From the human T2T-CHM13v2.0 reference genome, Homo sapiens: a stretch of 64,000 bases of DNA. Shown here one piece after another: positions 25,151 to 38,234 of the stretch (position 1 is its first letter; the number at the start of each line of letters is the position of its first letter). The notes beneath the pieces are model-generated. The model was not told where the DNA came from and ran no database searches. It saw nothing but the letters and a program-made list of their open reading frames with translations. Both the position numbers and the translations under genes were made by a program. Location of the stretch: NCBI RefSeq assembly GCF_009914755.1, contig NC_060925.1. The stretch is one strand, 5' to 3'.

Positions 25151-26788
25151 TGACACCACCATTCTCCTGCAGTATGCAGACACATAAGGATGCTGGTGGA
25201 ATTTCAGAGATTGTCTCCTGGAGCTGCTGTGTCCCCTGTGCAGCAATCTGGAGGCTCCCTGGTGCCTGGGGTCAGCTGGGGAGCTCTGCTACCACTGGCC
25301 CCTGGTTCTCCCCTCTAGAGGCTCATGAGATTCAGTTCTCAGGGTCCTTGGCTCTGGAAATTGCTGCTTCTGTCAGTTACTACAGCTTAGACTCAGTGTA
25401 CGTTAGGGTGTGTTAGGACATGGCATGAATCTTATTTGCTCCTGTTCTTATGAAAATGTGTATAACTGAAAGGAGTTACCTTTACCTGTGTGTTTGGAAG
25501 GTGCTTCACAAAACTGTTCTGCCCAGCTCCCTCCCTATAGATTCTGAGTTACACTTACCACTTCCCAATTCTAGAGACTTTCTCTTTTGCAGCTGCCTCA
25601 TCTAGGGGAGTCCCCCAGGGGCCACACTGTTGCCTGACAAGCAAATGAAGCCAGGAGGAAGCAAGAAAGGCCGCCACAAAGCCATCCCCTCTCGCAACAA
25701 AGCCCTAAGCTCCTGCTTGCTCATTTGATTAAAACAAAGTCTCCAACTGCCTCCCACAGCACCCTCCCTTGGAGAGTTCATGCTCAGAGCCACCGAGTAA
25801 TTTTTATTGTATAACAAACAGTTGCTTAAATAGGTTGTCTGCAAATGGTCATTATATCCGCCTCCCCCTCCACCTGCCACAAATCTCCCATGGTGGTGGG
25901 CAGGCCCTGGCAGCTGTCCCCCTGCCCACCCACCCCTCAGCAGCCCTCATAAATAAGCTCCAGTATCAGCAGGACCAAGAGAGACCTGCAGTGGTAGGAG
26001 GGGCTGGACAACCTGGAACTTTGAAGGAAGAATTCCAAATGCTCTGTGGCACACTTAGCACTTTGAGAGAAGGGAGGCTGTGGGAACAGAGTCAGATTTC
26101 TTCTGCAGGGAAATTACTCAAATAGGTTTTAAAATTTATAGTCCGTGTTGTGATAATAAATAAAAATAAAATATACTCCCCCCAACTCAGAGTTTCTTTG
26201 GCTGCAGAAGTCCTCTGGGGTTGGCTCCCTCTACTGCTATGCTGTTTAGACAGAAAACTGGAGAGTAGTTTTCCCTGAAGCTGCTCCAAGGCTCCGGCTT
26301 CTATTCCCAGTTGAATTTGCATTCCACCGGCTTGATTCCTCCTAAAAGGCACCTTCCTTCTCTGCAGACTAGCGCTGACCACCCTGACCCCCTCCACACC
26401 TCCTGTTCACTCCCACTATGATTCCTTCTTTCCTTTGGTTTCTGTCCTGCTTGGCCAGAGAAGCCCCTCCCAAATCACGAGCAGCTTCACTAAGCCATTG
26501 ACAGCACACACTGATGTCTAATAACAAAGCATTGCTCAACGATCCTCACCCTATCTACCCTGTTGGTCCCAACTCCAGTGCCACTGCCCCCCATTCCGGC
26601 TCACATCTGTCTGCTGCATAACCCAGAGAGGTGACATGCAGAATTAAATTTAAACATTCAAAATCTAGGGTTCCAATTGTGGGCGCAGTTACATAATTAC
26701 AACACTTACCATATAATAGAATAACATTGTTTAGGGTAAGATTTTGGAGTTGCACTAATGGATGCTTTTTTCTGTTTTCTGTAAACAG

Positions 26789-26863
26789 TCTTGATATATT
26801 GAAGAGGAGACATTGTCAGTAATCACAGTACTTCTCAATGCATCTCGTGAATTGTGTCCAAAT
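26789..26863 (+). other. Candidate non-coding internal exon (75 nt)
   Basis: Branch point CACTAAT (26753-26759), polypyrimidine tract 'ttttttctgttttct', 'aacag|' acceptor, '|gtaaga' donor; stop codons in all three frames. Confidence 0.45.
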
Positions 26864-27413
26864 GTAAGAAAAGCAGACTAGTTTTGAAATATCAACATCT
26901 GCCCTAATTTACTTGCTTCTGCATTATGGTTCTAATTGCACTCAATATAACCTATTGTTGTTGGATCCCCTCGGGGTCTTGGAAAAACTAGCAAAAACAA
27001 CGTGGAATAGATTCCATGTGTGAAATCTACAGGCAATTTTTTTCCTTCGCCTTTTATTAAGTTAGAATTTATAACACTCCATGGCCCATATGAAAAGCAT
27101 TTCAACTGATATCGGTGAAATTATCTCCTAAAACTAATCTCTCACATAAAAATTGAACTGGATGAACTTTTCTTGTAAGCAGCTGACAGGTGAGGAATCT
27201 TCAGTGAGATAACTTCAGTTTTGGAATATTCTTACATTAAACATATCCTTTGGGCAAATAATTCAAGTCATTTATAAAAAGCATTTTAAAGGTGCATGTA
27301 TCTGAAATCTTTTTTGCACCTACATTAAATTTCATGTAATCTAAATCAATGACCATTTGCAGGGCCCCTTTTCTAGGGCACAGCATTATACATATTCTGG
27401 GGTTATTTGCCAC

Positions 27414-27515
27414 ATCCTTATTATTTTATTCTTATGACAACACCCCAAGAGTATTCTTTTTAGAATATTTTAGAATATTCTTGGGGTGTTGTCATAAGAA
27501 TAAAATAATAAGGAT
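27414..27515. repeat. Long inverted repeat: 44-bp arms, 14-nt spacer
   Basis: 27414-27457 is the reverse complement of 27472-27515 at 43/44 positions. Confidence 0.98.
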
Positions 27516-27614
27516 ATCTCTGTAGGAACAAAAGCAGGTCTATTTCTCAAAACATATTTATCACTGGGGGGAAAATGACATACAATTATCTTCCTTAATA
27601 AGAATTAATGTCTG

Positions 27615-27755
27615 TATTAAGCACCTTATGCATTATCTGTTTTGACCTGCATAACAACGTTTTAAGTCTCATGACCCCCATTTTACAGATAAGGAAACTG
27701 AAAAGGTTAAGAATCATACTCAGCTGATACGTGGCAGAGGCAGAATTAAACAGAG
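27615..27755 (-). mobile_element. MIR fragment
   Basis: 'ccccattttacagataaggaaactga' MIR core (antisense). Confidence 0.7.
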
Positions 27756-30475
27756 GTTAGTCCACCTATCACAGAAGCATTATTACAACAGGAAGACCTA
27801 AAATTGGCTTTTGTTGTTGAAGACGGTTTTCAATGCAGGCAGAATTTAGTGACTGTAGAAGAGCTGATGTTTGAATATTGTTAGAGAAGACCCCAGAGGA
27901 AAAAGTTGGGTCTGCAAGGAAAGTAAACTTTTATGACCGTGTTGTTTCAGAAGACTTGGCAGCACTAGTTACTCTCACAACTGCATGTATTGCTCTGTTA
28001 CTTAATCAGTATTATACAGTGCCACTTAATCCTTTTTATGGCTTAGCTTGTCTTGTAATGTCGTTGTACTGCTGATAAACCCATTCACAGGAATAATGTA
28101 CCTTTAAAAAATCGACACCAGGCTCTGTTTTTAATGTAAGGACATGTCTATGTGGAAGTTTATTATGTCCCAGCATTTATGACAACACTGACATTAAAAA
28201 CAGGGTTACCCGGTAAAGACTTAGGAAACATGAAACCATTTTTAAAACAACTAGTTATTACACTGTCCTCTGAGATTCTGATTACAGGGCATGAATCCTC
28301 TTGAACCATGGGTTAAAAGTACCCAGATCTAATTTTTATCATAATATATGTATTAAGTATGTAACAGCTAAAACCACAGTAAAAAATTTAAAAAGTAAAA
28401 AAGAGCACCTCAGTCCTGAAAACTTACACAGGTTTCTTTTTTCGACTCGTAAAGACAATATTTATGATAACCTTTTTTGTAAAAGCTTTTTCAGTCAAAT
28501 ATCCATTCAGCTAGCAGTTTTAATTTTGCTAAAATAAGCATGCTGAAATGGAAGAATTTTTAACATCACATCGGAGTGACAGCATCAGTCTGCTTCCTTT
28601 GAGAATCAATTAGCAGCCAAACAACTATACAGACTCTGTAATGACACAAGTCTGTGGTATTTCCCCAAATTACCTGGAGCAAGGTAAATGGCATGAGAGC
28701 TTTGGTCACCAGGGAAAGCATGAAAGGATATACCACACAAGCATGAAGTTATTTAGGAAAAATCTGCAGGAAAAAAAAAAAAAGTGTCTAAGGCTACACG
28801 GCAGCTGTTTCAAATAATAAAATATCATTTGCATCTCTGCAGAGGGTTTTAGTTTTTTCAGCTGGTTGTGTCCCACACATTTTTTCCTGAACTTGCTGCT
28901 CATTGTTTTGAGCTTAGCCAGTTACAATTAAACCATCAAGTAGGTACACTTGTTTGTTTCGGGTGTATAAGAGACAGTAAAGCTTCATTTCAAATAGAGA
29001 TACCCAAGAGGAAAGGGTTAGAAAGTGCTGTGCAAAGCTGTGAAACACTGACTAGCAATTTAAACTGGAATCAGGCAATTCAATGTGAATAGGGAAAAAA
29101 AACAAAAACAAAAACCAAAAAACAAGCCCTCACATACACAGTGTGTGTGAAGGGGCTGAGGATGGCAGAAAAGGTTTTATTTTTAGAAGTCTTTGCTAAA
29201 TTCTTTATAAGCATCTCAATCTTTGTTAAAAAGAAACAGCAGATACGCACATTTCCTTAGGGGAGCATTTTTTTTTTTCATATAAAATTTTAGTAGTTGG
29301 CTGCCTACAGTGAGGCTTTTTGTAACAGAATATACAAATTGTATTTTTTATGGTTCCTTATTTATAGTGAAACAACCATTTTAATAAAATGATTCACTTA
29401 GATTATTTTATTGCTTTTCATTACGGATCTTCATATTTCTTCATTTGTTCTCATCTTTCTCCTGGCTAAAATTAAAATATTTGACTCTGCAATTAATCAC
29501 AAATGAATTTGATTTTGGAGTATTTTATTCTTTCCAAAAGATTTGCTAAAATATCTTTCTACAAATGTAGAAATCAAAATCAATACAAATCATTTGGCTG
29601 CTCGTAGAAGTCACTCCTGAGCTGAGTTAAACGTTACTTAGAGCAAACATCTAGCATTTATTTATGGGGCAGGGGAAAAGGCAAAGTAAACTTAGTATGA
29701 GAAAGAACAAACTGTCCTCTGTTTTTTCAAATTATACGCACAATATTGATACCTACCGAATGCAATTTTTTTTTCCACAATGGTACAGTGTTTTGTTTTG
29801 TTTTGTTTTGTTTTGTTGGAGGGACAGAGGTGGCTGTTGTTTTGTATTTAAAAATCATAATCTAAAGTCTATTCTACAAATGGCTTTTTCATGTGGAATG
29901 TGCCATAGTTTATCTTAAATCATGAAGAAGAAATATTGTATTCAACAATGTGACTACTGTTAAAGAAAATTCTCAGGATTGTGCATCTGGATTCCAGTAA
30001 ATCCAGTTTAAAGCAATAGGGCTTGCATTTGTGGAGATGAGTATGGTAAAATGTATCGCATTATATGAATGCCTTTTACATGCCTCTTAGAAACCAAAGG
30101 GCATTTAGACAGCCAATTGGACATTTATGGTTCCCCAAAATAGATTGTATCAATACAAGGTAATGATTTCTCACCTTATTTCAATATGATCTAAATCAAT
30201 GTTAAACAGAACTGATAGTATTAATGCAAAATTAATCTAAAATTTTAAATTAGGGATTTCATTTAAACACTGGAAAATCCAAGAGCAGTCTCTTTGTTTT
30301 GAATTTATCTTATTGCCAAAATATTCCATACATTGCTTTGACAATATTCAGTGCACCTAGAGATTTATAGATAAAATGAGAAATTTCAATTGGAAAATAT
30401 GTGTAAAGATAAATGCTGCTTTTATTATTAATTCATATTCTCACAGAATGTTGCAGCTTAAAATGTAAAACTATG

Positions 30476-30481
30476 CACACA

Positions 30482-30515
<34 letters not shown>
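30476..30515. repeat. (CA)n microsatellite with one interruption
   Basis: Seen directly. Confidence 0.97.
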
Positions 30516-30517
<2 letters not shown>

Positions 30518-30849
30518 CCTCTCCTCTACTTAATTTCCTGAGTTAATGTTCCTTCTCGGAAAATATATACTTTGAATAAGATGAATTAAATATGTTGGTT
30601 AAATTTTAGAATGCAATAAAATGATTACATTAAAAATGACCATATTTAAGGGAAAAATAGCTAAGTTGGGCTAATTTATTATTATTACTCATTGCATTTA
30701 AAGAAACTTGGACTAGAGATCAAAGTGCATTTTGATTTGTTTGAAAATTGTAAATGACCCATTCCCAGTTCTCCAACCCCATAAAGTTAGAATGCAGTCT
30801 GTGAGTACTCTCTGCTCTAATCAAGAAGGAAGGGGCTTCAGCTTCAAAT

Positions 30850-31079
30850 GTCAATGCTGTAAACATGTTAAATCTGGAAAATATTTTCTAAGCAAGCAAC
30901 CATGTGTAAAATTTACCGAACTTGTCATGAAAGGGCTGCAGCTGCAAACCTGCAAACTTCTCACTTCCATGAAGACTCCAGATGCTGAGACAGGGAAGAG
31001 AGGTTTCAGCTTGGCTCCCCAGCTGTTGCACCTTAGAGCTTTGCATGCCGCCATCTTCTCAGCGTTTCACCAGGTAAGG
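30850..31079 (+). promoter_or_regulatory. Candidate alternative promoter/first exon ending at donor 31073
   Basis: E-boxes CAGCTG (30939, 31020), YY1-type GCCGCCATCTT (31047-31057), strong donor CAG|GTAAGG. 5' boundary is a guess. Confidence 0.45.
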
Positions 31080-32394
31080 AAGCAGTGGCCATTTAATACC
31101 AAGAAAGAAAATCTTGGGCTTACTTCAGAAGGTGCTCCATGTAATTTATTATAACACCAACCCAAACATTCAATAGTAAATTAAGGTTTGTAATCTGTCC
31201 AGCTGCCTTGCTAAAACAAGTTAGTTTAACAAAAGCTTCCAAAATACAGAGGGAAAATATAGGCTAATGATAAAAGTAAGCAATCGTCATATGCTACTGC
31301 CAAAGAGGATTCCCATTAAATTACGCTTATGCATCATTTTATGAAAACTTTTTACAAACCATGTTTGCTGCTTATAGCTAAAAACATCTTGGGATAAATT
31401 TGAAACTTTGCTTTACTACAGAAATATAAAATCTACTAGATATCATCATAAACAAAGAAAATTTGATGAATTTTTAAAAATTACTAACACTACTTTTAAC
31501 ACCACTAACATTATACATGATATTTACAATAGGCAATCTTCTTTTATAATGTGAAGTGTTTTTAAAATGAAATCTGCACCTAAATGCCAATATCCTCTCC
31601 TTCTGCCTTCTCACTTTATGACACTAACATAGGATCTCATTCACCAAGCCAATTGAAATTTTAATAAAAGAAAGCGGGAGTTTCTAATAAACTCCTGCAG
31701 TGAGCTGATAATACTAAACATCTTTAGCAGCATGGTGTTTTTTTATTATTATTTTAGCTGTATATTAATATGCTAGTATTTGTAAACTCCCCAGTGCCAC
31801 TAGATTTATTTCAGAAGCCATCACTACATTCTTCTATTGTAAAAAGTTTATCTGACAAAGAAAAATTCTCTTTTGATGGTTCTCCACCCAACAGCTATTT
31901 GACAGGAAAATATACAACTGACAAATATATCGTGACTACGCATCTAGTCCTGAAAGAGCTCTAGCGACTGATTTCACTTATCGTGGTGCCAGTTCTAGGC
32001 TAGCCAGGAAAACCAGCATAATCCACAAAGGCAATAGAAGCATGATTTGGGCTTTTGTTGGGGATTTAGCACAACATACTGACCTATCCCTCTCACCATT
32101 ATACCTCCTTGCTAGCTTTACCTTCTATTCCATCCCCTCAACACCCCTACCCTCTAGATCCCCACCCCAACTTTCCAACTAGAGGATCACCACTCCTCCC
32201 TAACAATAGGGACTGTGGCTGCATAGCTTTCATTTAAAAATAATACACAAGAATCCATGTTCACGATGTAGTTTGGAGTGTGCAATTCAAATAAACCCAT
32301 AGGGGATATTCTTCTGTGGCCCTGGGTATGATGTGGGACTGCCACTGTCACTCGTCAATGAACTTCAACATACATTGTGTGTAATAAGCCTTAA

Positions 32395-32615
32395 CATTTA
32401 GACAGTGTTTGTTATGCAGCAGGTGCTGTTCTAGGCACTTACACATGTGAAATGACTTGATCCTTGCTACAGCTCTGTGTGGCAGACACTATTATTATCC
32501 CCACTTTACGTATACTAAAACTATGATTCAGGAAAGTAACTTGCCAATGTCATACAGCTAGGAATGGCTGTACCGGATGCAAACTCAAGTTATCTAGCCA
32601 GAGTTGGGCTATTCA
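32395..32615 (-). mobile_element. MIR
   Basis: 'gctgttctaggcacttacacatg', 'attattatccccacttta', 'aagtaacttgccaatgtcatacagctag'. Confidence 0.75.
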
Positions 32616-33584
32616 TCACTCTGCCTCTGTAAACGTCGTTACATTAAGACTGAAACTGTCTGAGCAACTAGTCTTCATTGGGGCTGCTCCTCTGGAGGAC
32701 ACCCATTCCACTGCTTCTTCACCGCTTATGCTCTGAGTAAGCAGGACCCCTCAGGTTTTCTTAATCTTAAATTCAGCAAGCAAAGAAAACAAATTCTGTC
32801 ATCTTTCATCCATACTACACCTTCAGTGTAATTTGGCAAAACGGTCAAGAAACATTTTTGTTGGTATTCTTGACACAAAGTTGAAAGGAAGGCAGGAACA
32901 ACTCAAGCTGTGCTGGCCCTTCCGAAACTTTGTGAGATTTAGGACAAAGTTCAAAAGATGCTTGACTTGACAAGTAGGGGATTCTGACACACAACTTTTT
33001 AAAAGCACCCTTTCTCCCAGGCAGACAGAGCCAGGATACAAGGCTTGGTGAAAACACTGCCATTTGCAGTAAGCATCCTACAGATATATCACTATAACCA
33101 TGATGAACCCTGTGGTCAGACCTGGAGAGCCCTGATGGCAAGAGTGCACATTTTAGGAAAGGAGAACTTTGCTTCTTCCAGAGCCCAGATACTGAATCAG
33201 TTCAACAAGGCAATGGCAGCAGCCAGGGCTGAAGTTGGGAGACAGTTTAAGCAGATGTACAAAAATGCATCAACACTGAAGAAAAAAATCACAAATTTAC
33301 TTTATTCTCCAAATTTCCCATCTTCATCCTAAGTCCAAGTGTTGGTTTTGAGTAGGCAGCCATACAGGGCAGTACCATGCCATATCTCGAATTGCAGCTT
33401 AGATGTGCTGACATTAGATTACTATCCAATATAGCTCACAATATTCAGTCACATATTGTCCACTGGTGTTTGGGAACTGCTTTCGATAGGCAGACCACTA
33501 GAAGCTATAGGCACATTTGAGAAAAAAAAAAAAAAAGTAGCATTTGGTGATAGAAATACCATATATCTTTGTTTAGAAGTAGTG

Positions 33585-33669
33585 GCTTCTATTAAATTTA
33601 ATTACTTCCCCTGTGGCTTTAAATCAAGGGCAGCTTCTGTTAAATTTAATTACTTTCCCCTGCGGTTTA
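33585..33669 (+). repeat. Two-copy 37-bp direct repeat (48-bp period)
   Basis: gcttctattaaatttaattacttcccctgtggcttta / gcttctgttaaatttaattactttcccctgcggttta. Confidence 0.88.
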
Positions 33670-36409
33670 CATGGCAAAGGTGTCATTACTACTTTCGGAG
33701 TGCTTCTGGCCAAAGTGAAAGCTTGGATATGATTTGCTCCATTATACCAAAGCCTTCCTTCATAATTTTACCTTTTCCCTCTATCCAATAACACATTTAT
33801 ATGGACATTTTATTCATGAAACCTGCCCTCAGTATCTTAAAAATTATTCAGTTAGTAGCATGTGATTGACAGTTGAAATCTGAAGAAAAAAAGCAATGTT
33901 GATAAATTTCAACACAAAGATACTCTGGATTTATTTCACAGTTTCACTGTACAGATGTTTATGTAGCACACCAGCACTTTAAAGGTATTATTATGCATAT
34001 TCTACATAAAGGTGCACTTTCTTAAATTTTCTGAATGAGGTAGTTTATTATCACTTTTATTTTATTAGTTCCGTGCCAAGCTAACAATTTTTACTACTAA
34101 TTATGTTGACACCAATTCCAATGGCTCTTCTGCCCCCAACTGTCAAAGTTCACATTTAAGTGTAGCTACCTAACAACGTTGCCCTTTATTGATTTGTCAT
34201 TGGAATATATTCACAGAAGTGAATTCCTAAAAGTTTGCTTCTCTCAAGATGAAATGGATCTTCATTAACATTCTGAAAATGAAATGCAGCTTCATAAAAA
34301 AAAAAAGGCAGCTTTCAGACCATTTTAGAATTTCAGAGGAATTTTGCATTATCTTTCCCATGATTCTATGCTGATGTCAGGCTGTATTTCAACTGAAATG
34401 ACAATGAAATCATTTCAATTCCATGCAATGTGCAAAAAAACAGTCAATTTTTCACTTGGCAAGCTGAAGTCTAAAGTAATTAAGCACTGCTGTGTGGGAG
34501 GCAGCTTCCTGCTCTGAAGTCAGCCTGAGATAATTACCATATTAAAGTCAAAACATCATGTGCCGTGCTGATAGATAGATGGATGGAGAGATTGGGCATC
34601 TATTAAATGATCCATTTTGTTATGCTTCCTGGGAAATGTGCCATTGATGCCAATTAAGAAATATATATTCCAAGTGAGTATTTCTAAGTGGAAAAACTTC
34701 TATCTGGTAAATTGAATTTATTATTTACTGATCATGAAGTACTTAAAGTCATAAAATCTAGATAGAGAGCAACCTATGAGGAGAATTACATGCTCTGTCT
34801 TGGTTTACAAACCCCTCATTACCTAATTGCCATGTTAGCATAAAGTTCTTCATAACATTTCTAGCCAAGGTACTAAGTTATTTCTGTCATGAAAACTCTA
34901 GTTGGAATAATAATGTGATATTGCAGATAAAATGTAAACATTCAGAAATTTCAAAGTCACAAACAGGTGAAGTGAAAAAAATTATTTTTTATGTTTAAAG
35001 GAAAGGTAAATAAAATATACTTCAAAGAATCTTTCTTAGATATGAAAAAGGAAATAATCCTCCAAATATTGAAGTTGGATAAGTAATTTAACAACACAGT
35101 TTGGTTCAATGCACTGCGGCAAGATGAAGTTGTGTTAAAAAAATTCCTAGCAACATCATTTATTAAAAGTTAATAATTTATTAATATTCTTTTTCTAGTC
35201 ACCAAACATATGGTATTATTTAGGCTTTTATAAAGATAGCTGGTTAGGAATAAACTAATGAAACAATCTGGTCTGTGATTTAAGTACAACAGTTTATTTT
35301 AGCATAAATATTAGTGAAAAAATAACATATTGGCTTCGTGAAAGAAGAGGGCATCTCCAAGTCAGGTTGGTTTTTTTTGTTTTTTTTTTTTGTTTTTTTT
35401 TTTGACTGAAGAAGAATAGGCACCCCTATGTCTGCAGTGAAGCTTATGTTTGATTTTCTCTAACTATTTTCTGTGGGATTTATTCACCACTATTTCCACT
35501 AACTTACTGATACCATAAAAGATGGGGAACTAAGTAATATCTCTTTAAAATCAGAGACAAGAGCTTCTGAGGATCAAAACTAATATTTTTATGTTGACAA
35601 AAAAAGTAGATTTTAAAATACAAAAATCTTCACTTATAAAGATTAAATATAATTAGTTTCTCAAGGAGGTAATCTAGAGAATCAATAGGCTGCCTTAATA
35701 TCATATTCCATCCATGCCCTCTGGCACATCACTTGATCCAGGGTCCCAGTGGGTCAGGCAGTCATTTGAGCCTGGCTGGCATTGCTAAATTCCAGATTGT
35801 CCTGACAGACAGTCTCAGTCAGGCCTTTGGTTGTGTGTATGTTTCAAGAGAAATCACAAAATGAGTGCAATTTTAAATTACCTTGTGTGGGAGAAAAGGG
35901 AAAATAGCGCTTGTCTCTGTGACCTGGGATTGAACAGAGACGTTCACTATCCGACTTACTGTGATCCCTTTTCCATTTCTAGCAACACCATTTTCTAGTA
36001 GATGGACAGAGAAATAGAGAAAAAGTAATCATAATGGAGAGTAGGAAGGAAGAAATATTTTCTTTGATATGCTGTATGATATAGATACAGATACACACAC
36101 ATGCACGCGCACACACACACATACACACAGTAAAAGCTTTCCATTTTAAGCCCAAGGGAAAACCATCTAAACTAGTTAAAAATGGAAATTAATACTTTTG
36201 GTTTATTTTGTTCTTCACAGGAGTTAATACTTCCTAGTGGTGGACCACGAAATTTTATTTTGGTCCTACTTGCTTAATATTTTCAAAAATGAAAATATAC
36301 TGCTTTCATAGTTGGAAAAATAAACTCCAACTTTAAAGCATTTATAAAAATTCAGTAAGAAATATTTAGTCATTTTATAATATATTCCCAAACAAAATGA
36401 AGATGGGAG

Positions 36410-36636
36410 GCCTTGGGGCGGGGAAGACTGCTTTGTAATGGCTGGTCCTGATTAGAAAAGAGAAGGAGGCATGCAAAAAAGTCTCATCAGTGGTAGCCAG
36501 CCTTCCGGAGTGTGAAGCCAGCCCAGACCATCTGAAGAGGGCTAATAATCTCAACTCCGTGGTGTATTTGGTCACTTGTGTTCCATTCTGTAGACAAAAA
36601 TCAGCAACTGGATTTAGAATCGACTACACGGTAGGA
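36410..36636 (+). promoter_or_regulatory. Candidate promoter/exon ending at donor 36630
   Basis: GC box GGGGCGGGG (36415-36423), ETS-like CTTCCGG (~36502), possible acceptor 'ttccattctgtag|' (36593), donor ACG|GTAGGA. Confidence 0.25.
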
Positions 36637-38234
36637 ATTTGGTTTGATGACTGGAGCTCTGGTCTGGGAGCAAGAAGATCTAGTTTTCTGTTTCTGCCTG
36701 TGTCACTGACTTCGTGAATTGGTACAGTTTAGAATTTCATTATTTCCTTTTTCTCCATCTGTAAAATGGAGGCAGTAATATGCCCAGCAGGACCCTTTAG
36801 CAAAGCAGAAGAATTAGCAAATAGTCGGAGAAGACTACTGTACATTCAGAGCATGATTACTTTGGGGAGAATTTCAGTTCTTCATTGTGAATGTTACTAT
36901 CATTTTCAGCTGCCCAAATCCAGGTGCCATTTAGAGAATTCAACTTCAAACATTGCATTTATTTTCTGCCCTGTAAATGTCCATGGTTTTGAGGGTTTTC
37001 TCACTATATTAACTGCAACAGTGAAATTAGATTGTTCAGCCTCAGTTTATAGTCCATTTCATTCTTTAATTCCTGTGTTCAGAGATGATGAGTTTTGGTT
37101 TGCACTCACAGTGTTTCAGAAAAATAACATAAAATGGGCTTTCCTTTGAAACATTTAAACTTCATAAAAAATCTGGCTTTACCTATTGCACTGGAATATT
37201 GTGGATATAAACAGCATAATAATATATGTGAAAACTGTTTAAGCTTTTCTACGAGCCTCCCCAACTCTCATCCCCACCCCCAACACATTTTGTATAACTA
37301 AAACTGACTTTAAGTTACCTGCCAATGTCTATTTTGATATATTTTGATTACGCATTGGAGAGCACATTTTTAAGACAGTTCTCCTAACATGCCAAGAAAT
37401 GAAATAGATTAATTTTATCTCAAACTCCTAAATCAAATAAACAAGACATCAATGCATGTAACCTTTCATTCACACTTCATCCACCACCTCATTCTTTACT
37501 CTCTTGCAATTCACCCATGGTAATCTTCCTTCTCTCAACAAATGTCATATTCAGTAACTCAATCATACATCTTAATCAAAAGCAATAAGTGTAGCACCCG
37601 ACATGAAAGAACACCTACATAAACATAGTCTTTTGTGCCTTCAAGTCTCTCTCATACTGACACCGTTAACACAAGACAGCACTTCTCATCACTGGAAACA
37701 CACCCCTGAATTTATTAAGTGCTCAACACTTTTTCTGGAAATGTTGGAACGACAGCTAGCAGCGGTGTCATCTGATTTTAAAGCAGACTGGCACTATAAA
37801 AGTTTAGATTTCAGAATTAAGAGGAGATAAGAGAGTGCTTCTTTTATTACTAAAATATTCCCCCCAAGTTACTAGACCAATTACCTGACCCTTAAATATT
37901 ATTTTTATGTGTAATTTGTCTAATTACTCCTGGCAACTAAGGCAATAAAATGGACTCTCTTCTATCTTCAAATTTCAAACCAAGGCAAAGAAACTAGATT
38001 TTCTGATGGGATGTGCTAATGGATCTTTATCCAATGGAGTTTCCTGTCATTTTCAACAATGTCATCATCACCTTGGAGAGTTTGATCACTTTCACCATGT
38101 GCCTGGCTAGAGTAAGAAATACAACCATTCTCTTCTCTCTTATATTTTTACAACTTCATTTGCTTCCTAATATTGTACTAATATTACCCTGGTTTGACCT
38201 TAATATTTAAGAGGGTACTGATAGAGGAATGAAG

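Noticed and set aside
30857-30880. TGTAAACAT resembling the miR-30 5' end
   Set aside because: The match does not extend and there is no hairpin; it also fits a forkhead motif.
30732-31154. 140-aa ORF as a standalone CDS
   Set aside because: TTG start, no homology recognised, and it runs through a strong splice donor. Kept only as a candidate first exon.
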